From assembly GCA_035291905.1 (NCBI GenBank), contig DATDRF010000297.1, positions 14 to 64,013 of the forward strand: DNA of 64,000 nt, in the 5' to 3' direction. A program made the translations under genes and the position numbers. This stretch comes from Bacteroidota bacterium (GTDB lineage Bacteria; Bacteroidota; Ignavibacteria; UBA10030). The notes under the pieces were generated by a model, which was not told where the DNA came from, searched no databases, and saw only the letters and a program-made list of their open reading frames with translations. Positions 48,868 to 57,913 of the stretch are shown here, piece by piece (positions within the stretch are counted from its first letter, which is position 1; each line of letters starts with the position of its first letter).

Positions 48868-49035
48868 GATCAGAAGCCAGAGATCAGAGATCAGAAGTCA
48901 CTGATCAGAGGTCAGATGTCAGAGATCAGAGGTCAGAGGTCAGAGATCAGAGGTCAGATGTCAGAGATCAGAGATCAGAGGTCAAAGGCCAAATCAAAAA
49001 ATCAATAAATCAATGAATCATTAAATCAGAAATCC
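48868..49035. repeat. Heptanucleotide tandem repeat array, (A/G)TCAGAG x about 17, degenerating into (A)AATCA(N) units
   Basis: Strict 7-bp periodicity is readable directly: atcagag|atcagaa|gtcactg|atcagag|gtcagat|gtcagag|... The array is noncoding and fills the space between the hydrolase start (48846) and the stop of the upstream gene (49038). Confidence 0.9.
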
Positions 49036-49037
49036 GG

Positions 49038-49781
49038 CTAGAGGCCTTCGAACGTGTTCTTTCCATTCTCCTCCTTTGGAGAAGGTGAAGGTGGCGCTTG
49101 AGACCTTTGTTGGACCACGGTGGTGGATCGATTGAATGACGGGACAATCCGGGACTCTTCTTTATCGTCAGGAATTTTGTAAGCGACCGGATGCAGAAAA
49201 CGATGAATGGCAAAATAAATGCCGCCGCCAATGGCAACAATACTTACGAGCAATCCAAGAAAGTAGAAGATATCAGCAACTGTGCCGGCAGAGTCAAGCA
49301 TCTCCCACTTCCGAAAGAGATTCCACCAATCGTGCCGCGATTTGTGGCCGCCGAGCAAAGGAAGGAGACGTAAAGGGGCGTCGCGCATGTACAGACTCAC
49401 ATCCATCATGTTTGTCCCGACCCAGAAGAGGGCGAACGGCGCGATAAAGTGAGAGCGCTTTCGGATTGCGATAATGCAAGAGATGAGAGGGAAGGCGATC
49501 TGCCAGAAGGACCCCCCCAGAATGTTTAACGTCTCCCCAAAGAACATGAAAAGAAAATGGCCCCCCTCATGAATGAAAAGAAAGATGGTGCGGAGGGCGA
49601 AGAGGAGAAACGGCCATGGTCTTGCAGGCAATGCCACTTCATAGAAGACGTCCGCGGCCTGGATCAGATAAACTGTCAGAATGAGGTAAACGAAGGACTT
49701 GAGACCCAGTGGTATCCAACGTTCAAGCGGATCCATCCGATGAGCCGGCCGCAGTGGAGAACGGACAGGTGAGGTAGTCAT
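49038..49781 (-). CDS. Small membrane metalloprotease-like protein (M50/site-2-protease-like HExxH in a TM segment)
   Basis: IHEGGHFLFMF (HExxH) lies within a hydrophobic segment. A later LLPLLGGH resembles the M50 LDG region. Confidence 0.4.
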   Translation of the reverse strand: MTTSPVRSPLRPAHRMDPLERWIPLGLKSFVYLILTVYLIQAADVFYEVALPARPWPFLLFALRTIFLFIHEGGHFLFMFFGETLNILGGSFWQIAFPLISCIIAIRKRSHFIAPFALFWVGTNMMDVSLYMRDAPLRLLPLLGGHKSRHDWWNLFRKWEMLDSAGTVADIFYFLGLLVSIVAIGGGIYFAIHRFLHPVAYKIPDDKEESRIVPSFNRSTTVVQQRSQAPPSPSPKEENGKNTFEGL

Positions 49782-49842
49782 TTGTTGAGAACGTACTCCA
49801 CCTTGCAGAGAAAGTCAATCTTTCCTGCCGAGGCTCGGGCGG

Positions 49843-51945
49843 TCAGTCAGGAATGTGGTTGAGCACAATTGAGGCTAACCGGCGGGAGTGGACAACGATA
49901 AACACGCTGCTGAGGACCATAGCAGCGGCGGCAAGGATCGGCTGAAGGAGGCCCGAAACCGCGAGTGCAATTCCCACTGCATTGTAGCCAAATGCCCAGA
50001 GAAGATTCCACCGAATCACACCGAGCGTCCGGCGGGCATAGCGAATCAGCCACGGAATCTTTTCCAAATGATCTCCCAGGATCGTGACGTCGGCGCTCTC
50101 TTTGGCGATGTCGGTTCCAGATCCGAGCGTGATCCCGACATCCGCAGCTGAAAGGGCCGGGGCGTCGTTGATTCCGTCACCCACCATCACAGTGACCCCC
50201 CCAAGCTTCAACTGATGAATAATTTCAAGTTTGTCCTGGGGCAGGAGTTTCCCGTATACATGCTCAATCGAGAGCGCCTCTGCAATGGACCGGGTGATCG
50301 TTCGGGAATCGCCCGAGAGGATATGTGTTTCAATCCCTTTATCCCTTAACTCCCCGATGGTCTCTTTCGCGTATCGCCTCAACGTATCATTGAAGATTAT
50401 CGATCCCTGCACCGTGCCGTCCCATCCTGCATACATGACCGTTGCCGACCGTTCGTCGCTTTGTTTCAGATTGTCGGGATTGACGTCAAAAAGCTCCGCA
50501 CTTCCCGCTTGCACCATCACCCATCGTCCTCGAATATTGACCTCACCTTTGATGCCGAGTCCCGGCAGGACAGAGACGTTTCGGACGTCGTACGCAGGTA
50601 CTTGATCGCTCTTTGCGCGCGCAGTAACGGCCCTTCCCAGCGGGTGCTCCGAATTCCGTTCGAGAGATGCCACGATACCGAGGAATTCCTTTTCCGGCAA
50701 TCGGGTGTGCAGCTCCCAGAGACGCGGCTCTCCTTTTGTGAGAGTCCCGGTTTTGTCGAACACAACATGTCTGCTGTCGGCGAGCTTCTCGAATATGGCC
50801 GATGAGCGGATAAGGAGTCCTTCTTCCGCCGCGCGGCCGAGTGCAATAGCACTTGCGAGCGGAGTCCCTATTCCCAATGCGCACGGACAGGCAACGACCA
50901 GAACGGTCAACGCATGCAGCAATGCCGTGTCCGCATTTGAGGCAGGCAGCCATCCGATGAACGTCAAAACAGAAAGAACCATGACCACCGGAATGAAAAT
51001 CCCCGCAATTCTGTCAACAGATTGTTGGATCGGAGATCGGGACCGTTGGGCCTCTTCCATGAGCCGGACAATATGAGCATGAACGGTTTCGGCGGCCGGA
51101 GCGGTCACCTGAGCCACGATCACCCCCTCCTGATTCATGGTCGCGGCATAAACCGAATCTCCGGGTCTTTTTGTGAGAGGCGTCGATTCACCCGTCAAAG
51201 TTGCCTCATCGACGCTCGTTGTCCCTTCGAGAACGATACCATCGAGCGGAATTCGTTCTCCGGCCAGAACCTTGATGTGGTCGCCCGGCTGAACATCCTT
51301 TGATCCGACAAACTGCTCATCCTTCCCGACGAGCTTTCTGACCCTATCGGGCTGGAGATCGATGAGCTTTCTGATTGCAGCCGATGTGCGGATCTTCGCG
51401 TTCGCCTCCAGGTAGCGCCCGGCGGTCACCAGGACGAGTGTCATGGTGGCAGTGTCAAAATAAATCGCATGGCCGCCGGAAAAAACCTGGTAAGTTGAGA
51501 AGACAAATGCGGCAAACGATCCGAGAGCAATGAGACTGTCCATCGAGAGCCGCCATGAACGGAATTCGCGTGCAGCGGCCTGCAGGTAGGGCCATCCTAC
51601 AATGAAGAGAACGGGAAGGGAAAGAACGAAAATCAGTTTCTCGATCCATGGGAGTGCTTCCGGCTCCATCCCGATCGCAATCCATTGCTGATCGTACAGG
51701 GCCCAGCTCAGGGCCATGACGTTCATGGAAAGAAACGCGGAAAATCCAAGCCGGGCGAGGAAGAGTCCGGCCGTTCCGGTCTCTCCCGGTTGCCCGAGCA
51801 CCGAATGCGTGAACGAACAACCGTAGCAGCAGAAATGGAGTTTTACATCATCCCGAATGGAAACAACGCCGCCGCGGCCGTACGGGAGGCCGCACTGGTC
51901 GCAGGTCTGGAGAGTCGTGTTCCTGGATTGCCGGGAGGGTGCCAT
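49843..51945 (-). CDS. Heavy-metal translocating P1B-type ATPase with N-terminal TRASH-like Cys motif
   Basis: TM CPC motif (ACPCALG). DKTGTLT phosphorylation site. GDGINDAP. N-terminal CDQC-X20-CCYGC (CX2C...CX3C). Confidence 0.9.
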   Translation of the reverse strand: MAPSRQSRNTTLQTCDQCGLPYGRGGVVSIRDDVKLHFCCYGCSFTHSVLGQPGETGTAGLFLARLGFSAFLSMNVMALSWALYDQQWIAIGMEPEALPWIEKLIFVLSLPVLFIVGWPYLQAAAREFRSWRLSMDSLIALGSFAAFVFSTYQVFSGGHAIYFDTATMTLVLVTAGRYLEANAKIRTSAAIRKLIDLQPDRVRKLVGKDEQFVGSKDVQPGDHIKVLAGERIPLDGIVLEGTTSVDEATLTGESTPLTKRPGDSVYAATMNQEGVIVAQVTAPAAETVHAHIVRLMEEAQRSRSPIQQSVDRIAGIFIPVVMVLSVLTFIGWLPASNADTALLHALTVLVVACPCALGIGTPLASAIALGRAAEEGLLIRSSAIFEKLADSRHVVFDKTGTLTKGEPRLWELHTRLPEKEFLGIVASLERNSEHPLGRAVTARAKSDQVPAYDVRNVSVLPGLGIKGEVNIRGRWVMVQAGSAELFDVNPDNLKQSDERSATVMYAGWDGTVQGSIIFNDTLRRYAKETIGELRDKGIETHILSGDSRTITRSIAEALSIEHVYGKLLPQDKLEIIHQLKLGGVTVMVGDGINDAPALSAADVGITLGSGTDIAKESADVTILGDHLEKIPWLIRYARRTLGVIRWNLLWAFGYNAVGIALAVSGLLQPILAAAAMVLSSVFIVVHSRRLASIVLNHIPD

Positions 51946-51957
51946 CCAAGCGGGGAA

Positions 51958-53211
51958 TTAGTGACGCTGAGATTGTGAGGGAACGGAAGGAGGAACCAAC
52001 GGTACGACTCGTGCGTACCACAGCCAGCTAAGCCCGATCAGACCCAGGAATCCAAAGGTGACTCCGAGTTCCGCGATGCCGAGGGGCACGCCGTGTTGGC
52101 TCCAGACCGATGGTGCAATCTCAATGAACTGATACATCCAATTTGCTGCAAGGATGATCGACGCGATGACCAACAGGGCACGAGGTTTCTCTTTGATGCT
52201 TCTGCTCAAAAAGACCGCTATAGGGAAGAAGTAAAGAAGCAGAATAACCGTCCACTGGAAGACGGGCCACGGGGAATGATCGAACCGAAGAATGAGCCGT
52301 TCGATCTCCTCGCCGAGATTCCCGTACCAGATGGTGATGTACTGGCCCCAATAGAATCCCCCGGCAAGCATGCACAGCCCCATGAGAAGACGGCTGACGT
52401 CATAGAACTGCTTCGTCGATACATGCTCCTGGAGGTTGAAATACTTTCGGGCAAGGATTGCCACGATGATCGTGGCGGCGACGCCCGTATCGAATGCGTG
52501 AACCATGTACAGCCAGCCATAGAGACTGCTGTACCAGTGCGGATCGAGAGACATGACCACATCGAACCCGACAAACGTGTAGACCACGCCATATGAAATA
52601 AGAACAACCGGGACAAACGTTGAGAGCTTCGAGTTTCTCTTTTCCACCTCTGCATCATATCCCCGCCAGTCGCTTGTTAAACGATCGACCAATCCCGACA
52701 CCCGCGCCTTGCCCAGTTCCTTCAGAAGCCCCAGGTCGGGACGGATAGAGACAGCAACGTACCAGAGGCTCAGAGCCGACAATACAACGTAATAAGCCGT
52801 CACACGCGCAAAGAAGAAGGGCTCGTTCAGCCATGCCGCCTTCGCTTCGATCGGTTCCGTAATCCATGGCCAGAGAAATGTCCGGCCGAAATAGGTGACA
52901 AGGAAGAGAAGGATCGTGAGCGGAATGAAAAGGACAAATCCCTCCGCCACTTTTCGTATCGTTTCACCCCAGCGTCCGTTCGTCAATCTGTAGGCCGCAG
53001 AAAAGACTATCCCCGCTTGTGCAAGCCCGCTCCAGAAACAGAAGTTGATGAGATACGAGATCCAGATTCTCTCGGTGGCGTAGCCGAGCAATCCGGCGAC
53101 GACCGCGGCAACGCCGATCATGACGGCAATCCAGAGGCCCATGACAAGGGATCGGGGATTCTCTGCGGGAGGAGCGACAACGGACATTTGGGCAGGGGGC
53201 TGCGTTTTCAT
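51958..53211 (-). CDS. actF: Alternative complex III subunit ActF-like (NrfD/PsrC-family membrane protein)
   Basis: Ten-TM NrfD-like protein placed last in the act gene order. Confidence 0.55.
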   Translation of the reverse strand: MKTQPPAQMSVVAPPAENPRSLVMGLWIAVMIGVAAVVAGLLGYATERIWISYLINFCFWSGLAQAGIVFSAAYRLTNGRWGETIRKVAEGFVLFIPLTILLFLVTYFGRTFLWPWITEPIEAKAAWLNEPFFFARVTAYYVVLSALSLWYVAVSIRPDLGLLKELGKARVSGLVDRLTSDWRGYDAEVEKRNSKLSTFVPVVLISYGVVYTFVGFDVVMSLDPHWYSSLYGWLYMVHAFDTGVAATIIVAILARKYFNLQEHVSTKQFYDVSRLLMGLCMLAGGFYWGQYITIWYGNLGEEIERLILRFDHSPWPVFQWTVILLLYFFPIAVFLSRSIKEKPRALLVIASIILAANWMYQFIEIAPSVWSQHGVPLGIAELGVTFGFLGLIGLSWLWYARVVPLVPPSVPSQSQRH

Positions 53212-53221
53212 CGATGAGATT

Positions 53222-53782
53222 TCATTTCTGGAGCGTTCGAAGATGGTTCACGACGAGCCATCGTTCATGGGACTTCAGGGCCTCGGAATATGAAGGCATG
53301 ATCAAACGGCCATGGCGGACCACATAGTAAATATATCCGTCGGGAACGCGACGATATTTTTGGCTTGTCAGATCCGGCGGAACCTGAAACTTGGCGGCGA
53401 CAAGTCCATCTCCTCTTGCTCCCAGGCCGTGACACGGAGAGCAGTAGGTTTCAAAGAGAAACTTGGCAGAATCGGCATTCAAAGCAGTGAGCCGGACGGG
53501 ATTCACAAGCCGTGTTGCGGAAACAGAGTCGCGTATCGGCAGTTCGTAGCCGCTCACCGGAACGGTCCCCGCAACCGGTGGCATCGGGTCTTCCTGCTTT
53601 TTGAATGAGGGCTGCATGTGCATGTCGCTGCGGTAGCGGTAGCCCCCGATTTCGCCATTGTCTGGCCCACACGACCACAGCAGCGGCAACAGAAAAAGCG
53701 ATCCCAGCAAAGCACATAGATTTCGTGCAGGGGAGCGGAGGTGCAAAGGAGCAGAGGAGATATGCAATCTGGTTGAACTCAT
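53222..53782 (-). CDS. actE: Monoheme cytochrome c (ActE-like)
   Basis: Single CxxCH (CSPCHG). Signal or lipoprotein N-terminus. Position between actD and actF. Confidence 0.6.
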   Translation of the reverse strand: MSSTRLHISSAPLHLRSPARNLCALLGSLFLLPLLWSCGPDNGEIGGYRYRSDMHMQPSFKKQEDPMPPVAGTVPVSGYELPIRDSVSATRLVNPVRLTALNADSAKFLFETYCSPCHGLGARGDGLVAAKFQVPPDLTSQKYRRVPDGYIYYVVRHGRLIMPSYSEALKSHERWLVVNHLRTLQK

Positions 53783-54177
53783 ATCCTATGATCTCTGAGT
53801 AGCAGCCACGGTTCGGGGCGAATAATCATCATCACGATTTTCCCAAGGATCTGATTGTACTTCTTTTTTTGTGCGACATGTCTTTCTGCGTCGAGGTACC
53901 CACAACGAGCAGCAAAATCAAGCCATGTCTGAGTTTCTGCTGCTTCAGTTTCAGCATCATTGAGTTTGCTCAAGAAGGCAGCTTCATATCGACGTTTTCT
54001 CCAAGCCTCTGTCAGATTTGCACATACCGACCTCGAGGATCGGCGGATCTGGTCTGTCAACGAATACGTTTCCTCTTTCGGAAAACGCCTTGTCATTTCA
54101 AAGATCTCCATTGCAGCCTCAAAGGCAATCTGATAAACTTCGAGCTGCTCATGGCTTTGAATATGTTTCCTTTCCAT
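53779..54177 (-). CDS. Four-helix-bundle protein (TIGR02436 / '23S rRNA intervening sequence protein' family) inserted in the ACIII operon
   Basis: Family signature QIRRSSRSVCANLTEAWRKR, with about 130 aa of helical protein. The leader it shares with the second copy is described in the findings. Confidence 0.8.
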   Translation of the reverse strand: MERKHIQSHEQLEVYQIAFEAAMEIFEMTRRFPKEETYSLTDQIRRSSRSVCANLTEAWRKRRYEAAFLSKLNDAETEAAETQTWLDFAARCGYLDAERHVAQKKKYNQILGKIVMMIIRPEPWLLLRDHRI

Positions 54178-54217
54178 TTTGTCCCCCCAAAAGTTAAGTT
54201 TTCTTTCCCCCTTCTCC

Positions 54218-54754
54218 TCAGCGCCTCTGCTCCTCTTCTCTGGAGTCCTCCTTGATCTCCACCGCTCCCACCCTTTTCATCTTCTTTCCCCAATCCTTCA
54301 ATATTTCCTCGCTTCCAAAAACCTGAATCCCATAATGATCGCTCGAGAGACGCTCGTCATATGCGGCTGCCAGACGCAACCGAGGAAGCCGTGCATTGAT
54401 GAGAAAGCCGATCATCGTTGCGATGGAGCCGAAGAGAATGGTGAGAATGTAGGCGATAACGCCGAACGGCGGAATGGAGATTAACGGCTTCCCGCCGACG
54501 ATCAAAGGATAGTTCAGCACGGAGCCGATTGTCAGTGCCCAGCCGGTGCAGAATCCGAGTATCGCGCCGGTCAACGTGAACACTCTCACGGGGCTCTTTG
54601 GCCGATGGAGAGCATACTCGATGTCGTGGTGAGGGACTGGAGCGTACACGAGGAAATTCTCGAACTTTGCTCCTTTAAGCTCGCTGATTCCCTTTAAAAG
54701 AAGATCCATCGCTGGAAAGACAGCAAGGATATTTGGGCCGGTGTGCTTGGACAT
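54218..54754 (-). CDS. actD: Alternative complex III subunit ActD-like (DUF3341)
   Basis: N-terminal soluble region plus two TM helices. Position after actC. Confidence 0.65.
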   Translation of the reverse strand: MSKHTGPNILAVFPAMDLLLKGISELKGAKFENFLVYAPVPHHDIEYALHRPKSPVRVFTLTGAILGFCTGWALTIGSVLNYPLIVGGKPLISIPPFGVIAYILTILFGSIATMIGFLINARLPRLRLAAAYDERLSSDHYGIQVFGSEEILKDWGKKMKRVGAVEIKEDSREEEQRR

Positions 54755-54764
54755 TTGGAGAACC

Positions 54765-54822
54765 GAGAAGCTAGAAGTTAGAATTTAGAATCAAGAATAC
54801 AGAATCCAGAAGTCAGAAACCA
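54765..54822. repeat. 7-bp periodic repeat NNNAGAA x7 in the actC-actD intergenic region
   Basis: gctagaa|gttagaa|tttagaa|tcaagaa|tacagaa|tccagaa|gtcagaa. Confidence 0.85.
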
Positions 54823-54859
54823 ATACCCCCCGATGCACCGTTGCGCCGTCGCCCCGATG

Positions 54860-56179
54860 CTATCCCTTCCCGCTCTTCGGCGGCTCAAGTTGCTCCTTCA
54901 CTTCCCACATTGAGACGACGGGAAGCGTTTTCGAAAAGATCGCGAACAAGAAAAAGAACCATGAGAAACTTCCAACCACAATCCCCATTTCCGAGAACGT
55001 CAACTCCGGAAGTCCCCACATGAAGGGGATGTACTCGTGAGCAAGAGACGTTGTGATAATGACGAATCGCTCAAAGAACATTCCGATGGTCACTGCAACC
55101 GAAACGAATACCAGGAGCGGAATGCTTCGGCGAAATCGCTTTACCCAGAACAGCTGCGGGATGACGAGGTTGCAGACGAACAGTGACCAGAATGCCCACC
55201 AGTAATCGCCGAACGCTCGATACGACATGATTGCCTGCTCCCACGGGTTGTGGCTGTACCAGGCGACAAAGACCTCAATCAGGTAGGCAAACCCGACGAT
55301 ACTTGCGGTAAACAACAAGAACTTTGCAAGGCTTTCCAGATGATGATCGGTGATATAGGCCTGCAGCCGGAACGCATTGCGCATCGGTATGAGAAGAAGG
55401 ATGACCATAGCGAGGCCGGAATGAATAGCTCCGGCGACAAAATACGGCGCAAAGATCGTGCTGTGCCATCCGGGCACAAGGCTCATGGCGAAATCCCACG
55501 AAACAATGCTATGAACCGAAATGACCAGCGGCGTTGCAAGGGCAGCCAGAAACACATATGCCGCGGTATAATGACGCCATTGGTTATCAGTACCCTGCCA
55601 TCCTTGGGCGATAAAACCGTAGAGTTTTTTTCTCCAGCCTCGTGCTTTGTCGCGAATGATTGCCACGTCGGGTACCATCCCTGTAAGAAAGAAAATTGAA
55701 CTTGCCGTCAAGTAGGTCGAGATGGCGAAGACGTCCCAAATGAGGGGGGACCGGAAATTCGGGAACAGATCACCCATTTGCGGATAGGGGAGGGTCCAAT
55801 AGAAAACCCAGACGCGGCCGAGATGAATAAGAGGGAAGAGGCCGGCGGTGGCGAGGCCAAACACCGTTACGGCTTCCGCGCTGCGATACACCGACGAACG
55901 CCATTTCACGCGGAAAAGAAACAGAATTGCCGAAATCAGTGTCCCGGAGTGTGCAATACCGACCCAGAAGACAAAGGTTGTAATATAGAGATACCATCCG
56001 ACGGGATTATTCTTCCCCGCCACTCCGATGCCGGTCATGATCTGATGCAGCCACGAGCCCGCCCCCCATGCAACTCCCAATCCCAGGACCCCCACGAGCA
56101 CGTAATACCACTTCTTGGGCCTGTTCAGCGTCTGGGTCAGATCGAGATCTGTTTTGGTATATGACAGTTCGTAAGGCAT
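54860..56179 (-). CDS. actC: Alternative complex III subunit ActC (NrfD-family quinol-interacting membrane subunit)
   Basis: NrfD/PsrC-like 10-TM protein (MPYELSYTKTDLDLTQTLN...). Confidence 0.75.
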   Translation of the reverse strand: MPYELSYTKTDLDLTQTLNRPKKWYYVLVGVLGLGVAWGAGSWLHQIMTGIGVAGKNNPVGWYLYITTFVFWVGIAHSGTLISAILFLFRVKWRSSVYRSAEAVTVFGLATAGLFPLIHLGRVWVFYWTLPYPQMGDLFPNFRSPLIWDVFAISTYLTASSIFFLTGMVPDVAIIRDKARGWRKKLYGFIAQGWQGTDNQWRHYTAAYVFLAALATPLVISVHSIVSWDFAMSLVPGWHSTIFAPYFVAGAIHSGLAMVILLLIPMRNAFRLQAYITDHHLESLAKFLLFTASIVGFAYLIEVFVAWYSHNPWEQAIMSYRAFGDYWWAFWSLFVCNLVIPQLFWVKRFRRSIPLLVFVSVAVTIGMFFERFVIITTSLAHEYIPFMWGLPELTFSEMGIVVGSFSWFFFLFAIFSKTLPVVSMWEVKEQLEPPKSGKG

Positions 56180-56185
56180 GGTCGT

Positions 56186-57910
56186 TCAGGGTTTTCTGAG
56201 CGGGGTTACGTCCTGATGCTTCTCGGCCGGCTTATCGTGCAGCTCGGCGCCAATGAGATGACGTGCCCGTGTGAGGGCCTCATCAATGCTGCCGCAGACA
56301 TTCTCTTCGCCGATGCGATCGATCAACCCGGATGAATTCAACAAATAGAGCGGCTGTTTGTGAATTCCGGAGATCACAAGGACAGTCCCTTCTTTCCTTG
56401 TTCGCTCGTAAAGGTCTTCCAGCGCCTGAAGCCCCGAGGCATCGACGGCGAGAAGATTTCTTGTCCGAAGGATAAGGACTTTTGCCGGCTTTTCAATCAA
56501 CCGCAGCGAATCCTTGAATTGATCCACGGCCGCATAGAAAAGCGAGCCGTAAATCTCAAAAACCTCGACTCCATCAGGAACGACACGTTTGGCAATTGCA
56601 TTTGCATCATCTTTGTCTTCTTCAACCTCTTCTATGTCCTTTGTGATCAATTGTGTTTGTGTCACACCCGCCATCTGGCGCAGGAAGAGGAAAGCGGCGA
56701 GGACCACACCGACCTCGATTGCGATGGTAAGGTCAACCAACAGTGTCAGAAGGAACGTTGTCAAGAGGATGGCGATATCGCTTCGTGGACCGTGGAAAGT
56801 CTTGACGAACGCGTGCCACTCGCTCATGTTGTACGCGACGATAATGAGAATGGCTGCAAGGGTCGTCATGGGGATATACTCTGCCCATGACCCGAAAAAC
56901 ACCATCAGGAGAATAATGGTCAATGAATGCACGAGCCCGGCAACGGGCGTTCGTCCCCCGTTCTTGATGTTCGTGGCTGTGCGTGCGATTGCTCCGGTGG
57001 CTGGAATTCCCCCAAAAAGCGACGAGAGGATATTCCCCACGCCCTGGGCTACGAGCTCCATGTTCGAGCGGTGGCGCGTTCCGAGCATACCGTCGGCAAC
57101 AACCGCCGAGAGAAGCGATTCAATACCCGCCAGCAGGGCAATGGTGACAGCAGGTGCAAACATGGTCTTGATTAGCTCCCAGTCGGCCTCCGGAAGCGAA
57201 GGTGACGGAAGAGAGTTGGGAACGCTGCCAAACCGGCTGCCGATCGTTGCAACAGGAATCTGAAAAACCTGTACAGCCACAGTCGCAAGAATGATGGCCA
57301 CGAGGGGGGCGGGTATCTTGTGCGTAATTCGCGGCCATAGCAGAAGAATCAGAAGAGAACCCAAACCCGTGGCGACCGTGGGAAGATGAGTTGTCAGAAT
57401 ACTTTCTCCGTAGCTGATCCATTTTTCTACAAAATCCGCGGAGAGCGATGTAATGTCGAGACCAAGAAAATCCTTCACCTGCGACGAAAGGATGATCAGC
57501 GCAATCCCGCTCGTAAAACCGACCGTCACAGGGTAGGGGATGAGGCGCAGCAGCACGCCCATGCGCGCAATTCCCATCGCAACCAGCAAAACCCCGGCGA
57601 TCAACGTCGCGATGACAAGCCCCTGATACCCGTACTGTTGGACAACGCTGTAGATAACGACGATGAACGCGCCGGTCGGTCCGGAGATCTGCACTCGGCT
57701 CCCGCCGAGTACGGCAACAGCGATTCCCGCAATGATTGCCGTGTAGAGCCCCTGCTCCGGCTTCACTCCGGATGCTATGGCAAACGCGATGGCCAGCGGC
57801 AGGGCGACGATTCCCACAATGACGCCCGCAACAGCGTCACGCGAGAATTGCTTGGCTGAATACCCCTCCTTGAGCAGGCTTACAAACTTCGGTTCGAGCC
57901 TTGACGGCAT
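56186..57910 (-). CDS. SulP family anion (sulfate) permease with C-terminal STAS domain
   Basis: SulP TM core with a C-terminal STAS domain. Tightly packed between actC and the DUF72 gene. Confidence 0.9.
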   Translation of the reverse strand: MPSRLEPKFVSLLKEGYSAKQFSRDAVAGVIVGIVALPLAIAFAIASGVKPEQGLYTAIIAGIAVAVLGGSRVQISGPTGAFIVVIYSVVQQYGYQGLVIATLIAGVLLVAMGIARMGVLLRLIPYPVTVGFTSGIALIILSSQVKDFLGLDITSLSADFVEKWISYGESILTTHLPTVATGLGSLLILLLWPRITHKIPAPLVAIILATVAVQVFQIPVATIGSRFGSVPNSLPSPSLPEADWELIKTMFAPAVTIALLAGIESLLSAVVADGMLGTRHRSNMELVAQGVGNILSSLFGGIPATGAIARTATNIKNGGRTPVAGLVHSLTIILLMVFFGSWAEYIPMTTLAAILIIVAYNMSEWHAFVKTFHGPRSDIAILLTTFLLTLLVDLTIAIEVGVVLAAFLFLRQMAGVTQTQLITKDIEEVEEDKDDANAIAKRVVPDGVEVFEIYGSLFYAAVDQFKDSLRLIEKPAKVLILRTRNLLAVDASGLQALEDLYERTRKEGTVLVISGIHKQPLYLLNSSGLIDRIGEENVCGSIDEALTRARHLIGAELHDKPAEKHQDVTPLRKP

Positions 57911-57913
57911 TCG

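Noticed and set aside
48868-49035. Possible CRISPR array, given the regular repeats
   Set aside because: The unit is only 7 bp with no spacers, and no cas genes are present. It is a microsatellite-type tandem repeat, not a CRISPR array.
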